Origin: Nautiliales bacterium | Lineage (GTDB): Bacteria > Campylobacterota > Campylobacteria > Campylobacterales > JAADDX01 | NCBI GenBank assembly: GCA_030826765.1 | Contig: JAUUDM010000028.1 | Location: 2,162-66,161 of the forward strand | Direction of reading: 5' to 3' | DNA: 64,000 nucleotides | Shown: piece by piece, positions 20,584 through 30,977 of the stretch | Position numbering within the stretch: position 1 is the stretch's first letter | How the letters are laid out: the number at the start of each line of letters is the position of its first letter | Made by a program: the position numbers and the translations under genes | Notes under the pieces: model-generated | Seen by the model: the letters and a program-made list of their open reading frames with translations, nothing else | Told to the model about the DNA's origin: nothing | Database searches by the model: none

Positions 20584-21598
20584 TATACAAGAAATAATAA
20601 ATTTTCTTAAACCTTACACAAAAAGAGCCTATTTAGTAGGTGGTGCCTCGCGTGATATTTTAATGAATAAAACTCCTACAGATTTTGATATAGAAATATA
20701 CGACATTATTCCTGATGAATTTGAAAAACTTATGAAAAAACTTGGTGCAAAAGGTGTAGGAAAAAGTTTTTTTGTTTATAAATACAAAAATTTTGATTTA
20801 TCTCTTCCAAGAACTGAAAATAAAATCGCTAATGGTCATAAAGGCTTTAGTGTTAAAGTTTGTCAAGATGAAAAAAAAGCATCTCAAAGAAGAGATTTCA
20901 CTATGAACTCAATTATGATAAATATCTTTACAAATGAAATTTTAGATTTTTATAGTGGGCAAAATGATATTAAAAAAAGAATTATTCGACATATCAATGA
21001 GGTAAAATTCCAAGAAGATTCTTTAAGAGTTTTAAGAGCTATGCAATTTACAAGTAGATTAAAATTCAGAATTGCATCTAAAACAATCAAATTATGCAAA
21101 ACAATTGAATTAAATGATTTAAGCATTGATAGAATTTATAAAGAGTTTGAAAAGATGTTTTATTCTAAATATTTATACTATGGATTTTATTATTTTATAA
21201 AATTGGATATTGCAAAAAAACTTTTTAATTTAGAAATAAGCTCTACTCTATTTTGTAAACTTAGTAAAATATATAAAACAAATCCACATCCAAGCTATTT
21301 TTTATACCATTTGAAAAATTATAAAAAATTTAATTTTGATTTTTTCCCAAAACATATAAAACGACCTGCTTTAATGAAGAAAAAACCCAAAAAAGTAAGT
21401 AATCGTTTTTTAATGGCTCTTTCACTAAAATACCCATTAAAAAATTGGTCTATTTTAAATAATAATTGTTGTAAAGAGTGGTTAATTGAAAATAATTTAT
21501 ATGAAAAAAAATATAAACCTACAAAAATAGATCCTAAAAATCCCAAAAAATCAATTTTAAAAGAAATAAAAAAGAAAAAGTTTGATATAATAAATTAA
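20576..21598 (+). CDS. cca: CCA-adding enzyme / tRNA nucleotidyltransferase family protein
   Basis: It has the polymerase-beta head motif VGGASRDILMNKTPTDFDIE and RRDFTMNS. The tail is basic. Confidence 0.65.
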   Translation: MSNIQEIINFLKPYTKRAYLVGGASRDILMNKTPTDFDIEIYDIIPDEFEKLMKKLGAKGVGKSFFVYKYKNFDLSLPRTENKIANGHKGFSVKVCQDEKKASQRRDFTMNSIMINIFTNEILDFYSGQNDIKKRIIRHINEVKFQEDSLRVLRAMQFTSRLKFRIASKTIKLCKTIELNDLSIDRIYKEFEKMFYSKYLYYGFYYFIKLDIAKKLFNLEISSTLFCKLSKIYKTNPHPSYFLYHLKNYKKFNFDFFPKHIKRPALMKKKPKKVSNRFLMALSLKYPLKNWSILNNNCCKEWLIENNLYEKKYKPTKIDPKNPKKSILKEIKKKKFDIIN

Positions 21599-21611
21599 AA
21601 AAGGATAAAAA

Positions 21612-22439
21612 TTGAAATATATTCTTTTAATAGACACAAAAGATGAAAAAGGTCTAATTTATAAAATTTCAAAAGTTTTATTTGATAATAATGTAAATAT
21701 TATAAATGAACAAGAATTTGTAGATAATGAAAATTCTAAATTTTTTTATAGAAGTGAAATAAGTGGAGAAATAGATATAAATTCAATAAGAAATGCCCTT
21801 CAAAATATTTTACCATTAGCAAATATAAAAATAACAAAAAAAGAGACTAAAAATGTAGTTCTTTTAGCAACAAAAGAAGCCCATGCTTTAGGTGATATTT
21901 TAATTAAACAATATTCAAAAGATTTAGATATAAATATTCAATGTGTAATAGCAAATAGAGAAAATTTAAAAGCTTTAGTAGAAAGATTTGATATTCCATT
22001 TTATTATATAAATGCTGATGATCTAGATAGAATTGAACACGAAAACAAAATGATTGAAGTAATTGAAAAATATAATCCAGATTTAATAGTTTTAGCTAAA
22101 TTTATGAGAATTTTAACTCCAAATTTTGTAGGTAAATATCCAAATAAAATCATAAATATTCATCACTCATTTTTGCCAGCTTTTATTGGTGCAAATCCTT
22201 ATAAACAAGCTTATAACAGAGGTGTAAAAATAATTGGTGCAACTGCACATTTTGTAAATAATGACTTAGATGATGGTCCGATAATAGAACAAGATATTAC
22301 AAGAGTAAATCACGAAATGAGTTGGGAAGAGATGAGAAATAAAGGTCGTGATGTAGAAAAAAATGTATTAAGTAGAGCTTTGAAACTTGCCTTAGAAGAT
22401 AGGATATTTGTATATGGCAATAAAACAATCATTCTCTAA
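21612..22439 (+). CDS. purU: formyltetrahydrofolate deformylase
   Basis: It has an N-terminal ACT domain and then a formyltransferase core (INIHHSFLPAFIGANPY, ATAHFV..DLDDGPII). The start is TTG. Confidence 0.85.
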   Translation: MKYILLIDTKDEKGLIYKISKVLFDNNVNIINEQEFVDNENSKFFYRSEISGEIDINSIRNALQNILPLANIKITKKETKNVVLLATKEAHALGDILIKQYSKDLDINIQCVIANRENLKALVERFDIPFYYINADDLDRIEHENKMIEVIEKYNPDLIVLAKFMRILTPNFVGKYPNKIINIHHSFLPAFIGANPYKQAYNRGVKIIGATAHFVNNDLDDGPIIEQDITRVNHEMSWEEMRNKGRDVEKNVLSRALKLALEDRIFVYGNKTIIL

Positions 22440-22549
22440 AGAGGAGATAAAAACACAAATTATTAAAGATAGATTAAATCATATCTTTAACGAAAACACA
22501 AAAAGTATAGCGAAAATTTTAGCTTATCTTATTAAAAGGCATAAAAAAA

Positions 22550-23029
22550 ATGTTTAATATAGTTTTATTTAATCCACAAATTCCACACAACACAGGTGCT
22601 ATTGGAAGGTTATGTGTAAATAGTAATGTAAAATTACATCTTATAAAACCTCTTGGTTTTGATATAAGTGAAAAAGCAGTTAAAAGAACTGGACTCGATT
22701 ATTGGCATAAACTTGATTTAAAAGTATGGGAAAATTATGAAGAGTTTTTTGCAAATGTAGATATAAATAGATGTTTTTTTTCTACTACTAAAAGTAAAAA
22801 GCCATACTTTAAAGCAAAATTTAAAAAGGGTGATTATATTATTTTTGGAAGTGAAACAAGTGGTATTCCTATGGAAATAATGAAAAAAAATGAAAATAAT
22901 ATGATAACTATTCCAATGGGAAAAGAAGGAAGAAGCTTAAATCTTGCTATAAGTGCTGGAATAGTTTTATATGATGCTATTAGACAAAATTTTGAAGAAT
23001 TTGATTGTGCTAATTGTGAGGAAAATTAA
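22550..23029 (+). CDS. trmL: tRNA (cytidine/uridine-2'-O-)-methyltransferase TrmL (SpoU family)
   Basis: Its sequence MFNIVLFNPQIPHNTGAIGRLC...GLDYW...GSETSG...SLNLA matches the YibK/TrmL pattern. Confidence 0.8.
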   Translation: MFNIVLFNPQIPHNTGAIGRLCVNSNVKLHLIKPLGFDISEKAVKRTGLDYWHKLDLKVWENYEEFFANVDINRCFFSTTKSKKPYFKAKFKKGDYIIFGSETSGIPMEIMKKNENNMITIPMGKEGRSLNLAISAGIVLYDAIRQNFEEFDCANCEEN

Positions 23030-23388
23030 TGACAAATGAAAAATTTAGAGGCGAAATAGATACATTAAAAAAGTTTTTTGAACTTTATTGCCACGATAAA
23101 CATCAAGACAAAATTATGCACGAGGGAAATTATAATATTCCTTATAATAATGAATATTTCAAATTAGATGTTACTCTTTGTGATGAATGTAATGCTCTTT
23201 TGGCTACAAGTATTAAAAATTTACAAAATTGTCCTCACGAAATAAAACCAAGATGTAGAAAATGCCCTACTCCTTGTTATGAAAAAAATGACTGGAAAGC
23301 AGTTGCTAAAATTATGAAATATAGTGGAATGAAATTAGGATTAGGAAAAGCTGGGAAAAGACTTAAAAAGTTTTTTGGAATTTCTTAA
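23029..23388 (+). CDS. nitrous-oxide-stimulated-promoter (YgbA-like) Cys-rich protein
   Basis: A 119-aa protein with the LYCHDKH ... CDEC ... KPRCRKCPTPCY ... IMKYSG pattern, which resembles the YgbA family as I remember it. Confidence 0.5.
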   Translation: MTNEKFRGEIDTLKKFFELYCHDKHQDKIMHEGNYNIPYNNEYFKLDVTLCDECNALLATSIKNLQNCPHEIKPRCRKCPTPCYEKNDWKAVAKIMKYSGMKLGLGKAGKRLKKFFGIS

Positions 23389-23450
23389 GTTTTTAAAATT
23401 TTTTCAATTTTCGGGAACGCTTCAAACTTGGTGTAAATACTAAAAATATT

Positions 23451-24812
23451 TTATAGCAATTCTTCTAAATATTTCATAAGAGTGTTTTGAATTTTTTCTA
23501 AACTTTTTTCATCCTCAGCTTCAAATCTTGTAACAATTACAGGAGTTGTATTACTTGCTCTTACTAATCCCCAACCATTTTCAAAAATAACTCTAACACC
23601 ATCAACTGTAATAATATCTTTTATTTTTAGTTTTTCTTTATCTTCAAAAAGTCTTTCTTTAAGCTCATTAATAATTTTGAATTTTTTATCTTCTGTAGTA
23701 TTTACTTTTAATTCATCTGTATTATAAATTTTTGGTAAGTTTTCATATTCTTTATCAAATTCAAATCCATCTTTTATAAGTTCCATTATTCTAAAAGTTA
23801 CATAAATAGCATCATCTACTCCAAAATATCTATCATTAAAAAAGATATGACCACTAACTTCAGCTGCTAAATCTGCATTAGTTTCTCTAATTTTCACTTT
23901 TAAATTAGAATGCCCTGTTTTATACATAATAGCTTTTCCAAATTTATTAATTTCATCATACATAATTTGAGTAGCTTTAACTTCTGAAATAATTGTAGGA
24001 TTTTTCATATTTTTAGCAAAAAATAGTGCTAAAATATCACCTTTATAGTTATATTTTTTATCTAAAAAAGCAATCCTATCCGCATCTCCATCATAAGCAA
24101 ATCCATAATCAAAATTAGCTAACTCTTTTTTGATATCTATTAAATTTTTTTCTTCACTTGGGTCTGGATGATGATTTGGAAAAGTTCCATCAGGCTTTTC
24201 ATACATAATTTTATAATTTTGAATTTTTAATCTATCTAAAATATCTCTTAAAACAACTCCAGCAACTCCATTTGCCACATCAAAAACAAATTTTTTATCA
24301 AGCCCTTGTAAATGAGAAAATTGATTGGAAATATAATCAATATATTGAGATTTTAAATCATAATTAATTGCTTCAAAATTATCCTCTATTTCAATATCAC
24401 TACTTAAAATCTCATCACCAAGTTTATAAATTTGTTCACCAAAAAATGGTGCTTTTTCAAGTGTGATTTTAAATCCATTATATTCAGGAGGATTATGACT
24501 ACCCGTAATTTGAACTCCTGCACCTACTTCTACACTTCCAATACCATCTAAACATAATTTTTGAAAATTACCAAAATAATTAACTCCTGTTGGCAAAATT
24601 CCAGCTAAAATAACTTTTTTACCTGCTTTATTAAATCCAGAAATAAGCCAATTTGCTAAAACTGGAGAATGAGTTCGGGCATCATAACTAACTAAAACAT
24701 AATCATTTTCTACTTTTTTACCTAAAAAATACCCTATTTTTTTAACTATATCACTATTTAACTCTTTTTCAAAAATCCCTCTAATGTCATATTCTCTAAA
24801 AATTGCTTTCAT
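23451..24812 (-). CDS. phosphomannomutase / phosphoglucomutase
   Basis: It has the active-site loop TGSHNPPEYNGFK, the metal site GFAYDGDADR and a GEVSGH sugar-binding loop. Confidence 0.85.
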   Translation of the reverse strand: MKAIFREYDIRGIFEKELNSDIVKKIGYFLGKKVENDYVLVSYDARTHSPVLANWLISGFNKAGKKVILAGILPTGVNYFGNFQKLCLDGIGSVEVGAGVQITGSHNPPEYNGFKITLEKAPFFGEQIYKLGDEILSSDIEIEDNFEAINYDLKSQYIDYISNQFSHLQGLDKKFVFDVANGVAGVVLRDILDRLKIQNYKIMYEKPDGTFPNHHPDPSEEKNLIDIKKELANFDYGFAYDGDADRIAFLDKKYNYKGDILALFFAKNMKNPTIISEVKATQIMYDEINKFGKAIMYKTGHSNLKVKIRETNADLAAEVSGHIFFNDRYFGVDDAIYVTFRIMELIKDGFEFDKEYENLPKIYNTDELKVNTTEDKKFKIINELKERLFEDKEKLKIKDIITVDGVRVIFENGWGLVRASNTTPVIVTRFEAEDEKSLEKIQNTLMKYLEELL

Positions 24813-24821
24813 TTTTTACCT

Positions 24822-25406
24822 TTATATTTGATTTTCCACATTTTCCATCATCGCATCAATTGCTTGATTCCTCCACCATTCAAATGCATATAAAAGCCCT
24901 GGTGTTTTTACTTTTGAAGTACCGTACATAAAATCTTCCATTTCACTTATAGGTAATTCAACAACTTCAATATTTTCATCATCAATTCCACCACCTTTAG
25001 TGATTTTGTCTTTATCTTCCACTTCTGAATAAAATAGAGTTTGCTTCGCTCCTGCACTTCCAACAGAAGTATAAAAAGTATTAATTTCGGCAATATCATC
25101 TACTTTATATCCAGTCTCTTCTTCTATCTCTTCAATAGCTATCTCTTTTAAACTAAGCTTTTTATCACAAATTCCTGCACAAAGCTCATAAGTAAATCCA
25201 TCACTGTTTTTTAAATATACAGCTGGACGAAATTGTTTAACTAAAACAAAAGCTTGTTTTGTAACATTAAAAATCAAAATTGCTACACTATCATATAATT
25301 CTGCTATTTCCCAAACTCTTTTTTTATTATTTTCAGTAAAATATAATTTCTTTAAACTTATAAAGTTTCCTTTACACATTTCTTCAATTTTTTCAATTTT
25401 TATCAT
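24822..25406 (-). CDS. NUDIX hydrolase (ADP-sugar / NDP-sugar pyrophosphatase type)
   Basis: It has the Nudix box GICDKKLSLKEIAIEEIEEETGY. Confidence 0.7.
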   Translation of the reverse strand: MIKIEKIEEMCKGNFISLKKLYFTENNKKRVWEIAELYDSVAILIFNVTKQAFVLVKQFRPAVYLKNSDGFTYELCAGICDKKLSLKEIAIEEIEEETGYKVDDIAEINTFYTSVGSAGAKQTLFYSEVEDKDKITKGGGIDDENIEVVELPISEMEDFMYGTSKVKTPGLLYAFEWWRNQAIDAMMENVENQI

Positions 25407-25424
25407 AATAAATCTCCTTATTTA

Positions 25425-25973
25425 TTATTTATTAAGAATTTTCTTTTTTTGTTCTTCAAATTCTTCTTGTGTAATTAATCCTTTATCCAATAAATCATTC
25501 CATTTTATCAATTCATCTGCTACAGAATAAGATTTACCATTATCTTTATCTATAATATTTATTGCTTTTTCTTTATCTGCAAATATTCCATTTTTTACAA
25601 CCCAATCTTGATGTTCTTCTAATGGTTTAAAAAACAAAAAATCAAATATAAATAATAGACTCCAAAGAAAAATTAAGCATAAAATACCCATTACAATATC
25701 TGAAAACTCGTGATTATCCCCAACCCCACTTATTAGCAATATACCCAATAAAATCAAATATAGTTTAATCCAATTTTTTGATTTCAGTATAGGCGAAAAA
25801 CTTTTATCTTTTTTCATAATATATATTGCAATTCCAATAATTAAAATCACTGGAACACTTAAGCCAAACCAAGCAAATGGCAATATTAAAAGTGTAAAAA
25901 AACTAATTACTTTTACTCTATCTCCACCACTTAGTGGTGAATAAGTTGATTCTAAATTTTCTGAATGATTCAT
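25425..25973 (-). CDS. membrane protein with a C-terminal SHOCT domain
   Basis: It has about four TM helices, then ELIKWNDLLDKGLITQEEFEEQKKKIL (a SHOCT-type short oligomerisation motif). I chose the start at 25973 (AAGGA RBS 8 nt upstream), which avoids overlap with thiL. Confidence 0.55.
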   Translation of the reverse strand: MNHSENLESTYSPLSGGDRVKVISFFTLLILPFAWFGLSVPVILIIGIAIYIMKKDKSFSPILKSKNWIKLYLILLGILLISGVGDNHEFSDIVMGILCLIFLWSLLFIFDFLFFKPLEEHQDWVVKNGIFADKEKAINIIDKDNGKSYSVADELIKWNDLLDKGLITQEEFEEQKKKILNK

Positions 25974-25989
25974 TTTAATTCCTTTTCCT

Positions 25990-26817
25990 TTAAAAATGGT
26001 TTTCTTTACAAGTTGAGCGATATTTTCCTTCTGTAACTTTTGCAAAAATAGTCAATGGTGTCTTTGTAATTTTTGCTATATTTTGAACATATTTTAAATT
26101 TTTTGGAGAAAAAGTAAATAAAAGTTCATACTCTTCCCCACTACACCCTATTTTTTTATCAAAATTTTGAAAAAAATTATACCCTTTTTTATTTAGTTTT
26201 GATAATCTTTCTAATTCTTTAAAAAGTCCGTCGCTAATATCAAGTGCTGAATTTATATACCTACTTGCCTTATACATAAATTTATCTCGAAGAATTGGAG
26301 TTATAAATTTTGAATTTTTATTAATCTTTTTATTTCTAAAAAGTCTTTTTAAATCTTTTGAAGTTGTTCCTAACTTTCCAGTAAAAGCGACTAAATCTCC
26401 CTTTTTCATACCTTTTCTAAAAATTGGTCTTTTTGTTTCAGAAATAAATGTCATCGTAATATCAAGTTTAGAATTTGCTATGGTATCCCCACCTATTATT
26501 TCATAATTATATTTTTTTGACATCTCTAAAAAACCATCAGTTAATTCTTTAATTTGATTTTTAGTAATTGATTTTGGCATAGCAATAGAAAGAAGTGCAT
26601 ATTTCGGCTTTGCATTCATAGCAATAGCATCTGAAATATTTACAAGGGAAGATTTAATTGCAATTTGTTTATAAGAAAGCCACTCTTTTTTAAAATGAAT
26701 ATCTTCAAAAAAAGCATCTTTACTATAAACAAAGCCATTAGAGTAAGCTCCATCATCACCCTCAAGGGATGATTTAGAGATAAGAGAAATAAAAAGTTCT
26801 TCTTTATTAATTTTCAT
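25990..26817 (-). CDS. thiL: thiamine-monophosphate kinase
   Basis: It has an AIR-synthase-like fold with GDDGAY, NISDAIAMNAKP, IIGGDT and DISDGL motifs. Confidence 0.75.
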   Translation of the reverse strand: MKINKEELFISLISKSSLEGDDGAYSNGFVYSKDAFFEDIHFKKEWLSYKQIAIKSSLVNISDAIAMNAKPKYALLSIAMPKSITKNQIKELTDGFLEMSKKYNYEIIGGDTIANSKLDITMTFISETKRPIFRKGMKKGDLVAFTGKLGTTSKDLKRLFRNKKINKNSKFITPILRDKFMYKASRYINSALDISDGLFKELERLSKLNKKGYNFFQNFDKKIGCSGEEYELLFTFSPKNLKYVQNIAKITKTPLTIFAKVTEGKYRSTCKENHF

Positions 26818-27380
26818 TATTTAACTTTTTCTACATACTCTCCAGTTCTTGTATCTACTTTTATTCTATCACCACTATTTAAGTGACAAGGAATTGTAAT
26901 AGTAGCTCCTGTATTTACTTTAGCCGGTTTTCTACAAGCACCTTGTCTATCACCTTTACTTGAAACTGGTGTATCAATAATATCAAGTTCAACTGTTTGA
27001 GGAAGTTCAAGTCCTATTGGTTTAGAATTATGGAAATTAATATCTACTGCCATTCCATCAAGTAAAAATTGAATTTCATATTCTATATTTTCTTCTGGTA
27101 AAGAAAGCATATCAAATGTTTCATTATCCATAAAATAGTACATTCCATCTTCGTTATAAGAATATTGATAAGATTTTCTCTCTAAATTTGGTTCTTCACA
27201 TTTATCACCTGCATGAAAAGTTTTTTCTATAACTCTTCCATCAAGTAAAGATTTAATTTTTGTTCTTACAAATGCAGCACCTTTTCCTGGTTTTACATGT
27301 TGATATTCAACTATTTTATATGGTACTCCATCTATTTCGATATTTAAATGTTTTTTTAAATCATTCATACTATATGCCAT
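26817..27380 (-). CDS. efp: elongation factor P
   Basis: It has VKPGKGAAFVRTKIK (the modified-Lys loop) and typical EF-P length and domain order. Confidence 0.95.
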   Translation of the reverse strand: MAYSMNDLKKHLNIEIDGVPYKIVEYQHVKPGKGAAFVRTKIKSLLDGRVIEKTFHAGDKCEEPNLERKSYQYSYNEDGMYYFMDNETFDMLSLPEENIEYEIQFLLDGMAVDINFHNSKPIGLELPQTVELDIIDTPVSSKGDRQGACRKPAKVNTGATITIPCHLNSGDRIKVDTRTGEYVEKVK

Positions 27381-27393
27381 TACTTCTCCTTAA

Positions 27394-28974
27394 TTAAATT
27401 TGAGCATAATGCACACTAAGTGCTGCTTTTAATTTTGATAACTCTTCAATAACATCTTTTTTAATTTTTGAATCTGTTAAAATAACTGCTACTGCTTCAC
27501 CTTTTTTGTTTCTTCCAAGTCTAAAGTCAGCAATGTTAATATTATTTTTTGCTAAAGTCATACCAACTTCTCCAATAACACCTGGAACATCCGTATTTCT
27601 AAAGAAAATTAAATTACCTTTTGGTTCAAATTCAAGTTCAAATCCTTCAATTTCAACAACTCTAAAGTTATCTTCAAACATTGTTCCACTAATTGTATAA
27701 GATTTAGTATCAGTTAAAAGTTCTACTTGTATTAAATTTTTATATGGACTATTTTCATTACTTTTTTCAACAGTTTCAAGCTCAATTCCATTCTCTTTTG
27801 CTAAGAATGTAGCATTTACATAATTTACATTTTCTCCAACAATTTCTGTCATTGCACCAACTACTGCAAATGTAAGAAGAGAATCTGAATATTCTGAAAC
27901 TTCTCCATAAGAAGTTACTCTTATTTTTTTGATAGCTTTTTTAATAGTTTGTGTTATTAAATATGAAATTTTTTGAGTTAATTCTAAATATTTTATAGCC
28001 CACTCTGGAGTTTTATTTGTATCAATTGGTAAATTTAAAGCATTTGGATAACTAATTCCTCTAACTGCTTGGATAATATTTTCAGCTGCTTGAGTAGCTA
28101 TTTTCTCTTGACTTTCCATTGTATTTGCACCAATATGTGGTGTTACAGATGTGTTTTCTTCATTCCAAAATGGATGATCACTTAATGGTTCTTTATTAAA
28201 CACATCAATACCAAGCCAAGCAATTTTTCCACTTCTAAGACCTTCTAAAACATCATCTTCATTATAAAGACCACCTCTAGCAACATTTATAAGTCTTACT
28301 CCATCTTTCATTTTTGCTATTTCTTTAGCAGTAATCATATCAATAGTTTCTTTATTTTTTGGAGTATGAATTGTAATTACATCACAAGCAAGAATATCGT
28401 CAAAGTTTGTTGTATAAGTCATTCCTAAATCTGTTACTTTACTTGGATTTATATATGGATCATATGCAATAATCTCCATTCCAAATGATTTTGCTCTAAT
28501 AGCTACTCTACTTCCAATATTACCAAATCCAATTACCCCAAGTTTTTTACCATATAACTCATTTCCAAGCCATTTTTCTCTATTCCATTCTTTATCTCTT
28601 TTTAAAGCATTTACAGCATTAGGAAAAGCTCTCATAGAAGAAACTAAATGACACATTGTAAGTTCAACTGCTGCTATTGTATTAGCAGTTGGTACATTCA
28701 TTACAATTATACCTTTTTTAGATGCACCATCGATATCAACATTATCAACACCAACACCAGCTCTAACAACTGCTTTTAATTTTTTTACAGCATTTAAAAA
28801 TTTATCATCAACAGGAGTAGGACTTCTTGTAATTACTCCATCCGCATCTTCAATTATTTTTAATAATTCATCTTTAGGAGTCTTTGAAGCATCAACTAAT
28901 TCAATATCTTCAGCTTCACTAAGGATTTTAAATCCAATCTCATGAATAGGATCACAAACTACTACTTTTTTCAT
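27394..28974 (-). CDS. serA: D-3-phosphoglycerate dehydrogenase (long form with ACT domain)
   Basis: It has the NAD motif GVIGFGNIGSRVA and the catalytic region NVARGG..TPHIGA. A C-terminal ASB plus ACT region is present (DVPGVIGEVG). Confidence 0.9.
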   Translation of the reverse strand: MKKVVVCDPIHEIGFKILSEAEDIELVDASKTPKDELLKIIEDADGVITRSPTPVDDKFLNAVKKLKAVVRAGVGVDNVDIDGASKKGIIVMNVPTANTIAAVELTMCHLVSSMRAFPNAVNALKRDKEWNREKWLGNELYGKKLGVIGFGNIGSRVAIRAKSFGMEIIAYDPYINPSKVTDLGMTYTTNFDDILACDVITIHTPKNKETIDMITAKEIAKMKDGVRLINVARGGLYNEDDVLEGLRSGKIAWLGIDVFNKEPLSDHPFWNEENTSVTPHIGANTMESQEKIATQAAENIIQAVRGISYPNALNLPIDTNKTPEWAIKYLELTQKISYLITQTIKKAIKKIRVTSYGEVSEYSDSLLTFAVVGAMTEIVGENVNYVNATFLAKENGIELETVEKSNENSPYKNLIQVELLTDTKSYTISGTMFEDNFRVVEIEGFELEFEPKGNLIFFRNTDVPGVIGEVGMTLAKNNINIADFRLGRNKKGEAVAVILTDSKIKKDVIEELSKLKAALSVHYAQI

Positions 28975-28988
28975 TTTCTTCCTTTTAT

Positions 28989-29444
28989 TTATTTTTTTAT
29001 CTTTATTTTCTTAAGTTTCACATTAAAATTATAACTCTTAAATAGTTCAATTATTCTATTTGCTTGTGACTTCTTATCAAAATTTATAAAAAGTTTTAAG
29101 TCATTTTGTGATTTAATAATAGAATATTTTATATTATTAAGTTTCAAAACTTGCTCTATTCCAAACAGTGTATATTTATTTAAATTATTTAATATTGTTT
29201 GATATAAAATAACTATTTTAGGGTTATAATTTAAATCTATTCTTAAATAAAGTTCCTTTGCAGGAAGGATTATTTTTTTTTCATCTAAATTAAGTACTTT
29301 TATAATACTATTTTTTTCTTTTGTTTCTTTTACAATTTTAGGTTCTTTTTGTGTATTGTTTATATTATAATTTGAAATTTTTATATAAACAATTATTAAA
29401 ATTAAAGCTACTATAAAAAAAACAGAAAAGAAAAAATATTTCAT
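28989..29444 (-). CDS. membrane-anchored hypothetical protein (possibly SPOR-like C-terminus)
   Basis: It has one N-terminal TM helix, then a basic, Lys/Asn-rich soluble part. No firm motif was recognised. Confidence 0.4.
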   Translation of the reverse strand: MKYFFFSVFFIVALILIIVYIKISNYNINNTQKEPKIVKETKEKNSIIKVLNLDEKKIILPAKELYLRIDLNYNPKIVILYQTILNNLNKYTLFGIEQVLKLNNIKYSIIKSQNDLKLFINFDKKSQANRIIELFKSYNFNVKLKKIKIKK

Positions 29445-29450
29445 ATTCTG

Positions 29451-30977
29451 TTATTTTTGAGAAAGTTTAACTCTTTTATTATCTGCATCAAGCTCAACAA
29501 TATGACCTTCTATTTCATCACCTACGCTATATTCTTCAATATCTTTTTCCAGATCACTTTTTCTAATAAGCGCTTCCACTCCATTTTTAAAAGATACAAA
29601 TACTCCAAAGTCAGCTATATTTTTAATAACACCTTTAATTGTATCTCCTAATGAATTATCTTTTGCAAATGCAACATATGGAGAATCTTCTGCATCTTTT
29701 TTAGAAAGAATAATTTTATTATTATCTGCATCAATTGAAACTACTACAAAATCATATGTTTCACCATTTTCTAAAATATCTTTTGCTTTTTCACCCTTTG
29801 TCCAAGAAACAAATCTATTTGGTAAGAAACATACCACATCATCAACTTCTATAAATCCACCAATATCAGTAAGATTTACAACTTTACCTTCTACTATATC
29901 ACCTTCATTATGATTTTCGGCAAATTTTTCTGATGGTTTTGGTAAAAGTGATTTATAACTTACTCTAAGTCTTCTATTTTCTAAATCCAAATCAGTTACT
30001 TCGATATCAATTTCATCTCCAACTTTTAATAAATCTTCAATTTTAGAATTTGAATTCCAAGAAATTTCAGAAATATGTAAGAAACCTTCTACACCATTTC
30101 CAATATCAACAAATGCTCCATATTCTCTAATATTTGTAACAGTTACACTTAAAACATCTCCATTAGCAATACCACTCTCTTTTACTTCTTCCCATGGATC
30201 ATTTTGAGTAGCTTTAATTGAGAATAACATTTTATCAGCATCAATTAATTTCACTTCTACTTCATCACCTTTTTTAAGTAATCTAAAATGATTTTCTTTT
30301 TTATAGCTAACTTCATCTTTTGGAACAAATCCAGTCCATCCATTTTCAAATTCAATTACAACACCATCTTTTTTAAGATTTTTAACTGTTGCTTTTACAA
30401 TTTCATCTTTAATAGCTTCAACAAATTTATTTCTTTCTTCTTTTTTCTCATTTAAAAGTTGTTTTCTTGAAATAACAACTCCATTTTTCTTAATTTCAAT
30501 AATTTTAGCCGTAATTTTTTTACCAATATTATCTTCATTAAGTTTTAAAGCTGATTCACTTTTTGGAATAAAAAATTCTACTCCATCTTCATTTTTAGCA
30601 ACAAATCCACCTTTGTTAAGTTCTGTAATTGTTACTTCAACCTCGTCACCTACATTAAATTTATCTAAGAATTCTTTTCTTTTTGCTTCATTTACAGCCA
30701 TTTTATGACTAAGTACTGCTTCACCTTTACTTGTTCTTCTTCGTGTAATTACTACAGGAATTTCATCACCTACATTGAATTTAAGTTCTCCATTTTCATC
30801 AGTAATTTCTGTTTTAGGTAAAACACCTTCTACTTTTTCTCCTACATCTACGAAAACTGTTCCATTGTCATCAATAGATACTATCATTCCATTTTTAACT
30901 CTTGTTCTTTTTTGTTCATTTTCAAATGCATTTAGCATTTCCTCGAAATTTTCTGTTGTTTCAATTGTTTCACTCAT
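29451..30977 (-). CDS. rpsA: 30S ribosomal protein S1
   Basis: It has repeated S1 OB-fold units (G.V..V...G.FV...G..GF.P). Confidence 0.9.
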   Translation of the reverse strand: MSETIETTENFEEMLNAFENEQKRTRVKNGMIVSIDDNGTVFVDVGEKVEGVLPKTEITDENGELKFNVGDEIPVVITRRRTSKGEAVLSHKMAVNEAKRKEFLDKFNVGDEVEVTITELNKGGFVAKNEDGVEFFIPKSESALKLNEDNIGKKITAKIIEIKKNGVVISRKQLLNEKKEERNKFVEAIKDEIVKATVKNLKKDGVVIEFENGWTGFVPKDEVSYKKENHFRLLKKGDEVEVKLIDADKMLFSIKATQNDPWEEVKESGIANGDVLSVTVTNIREYGAFVDIGNGVEGFLHISEISWNSNSKIEDLLKVGDEIDIEVTDLDLENRRLRVSYKSLLPKPSEKFAENHNEGDIVEGKVVNLTDIGGFIEVDDVVCFLPNRFVSWTKGEKAKDILENGETYDFVVVSIDADNNKIILSKKDAEDSPYVAFAKDNSLGDTIKGVIKNIADFGVFVSFKNGVEALIRKSDLEKDIEEYSVGDEIEGHIVELDADNKRVKLSQK

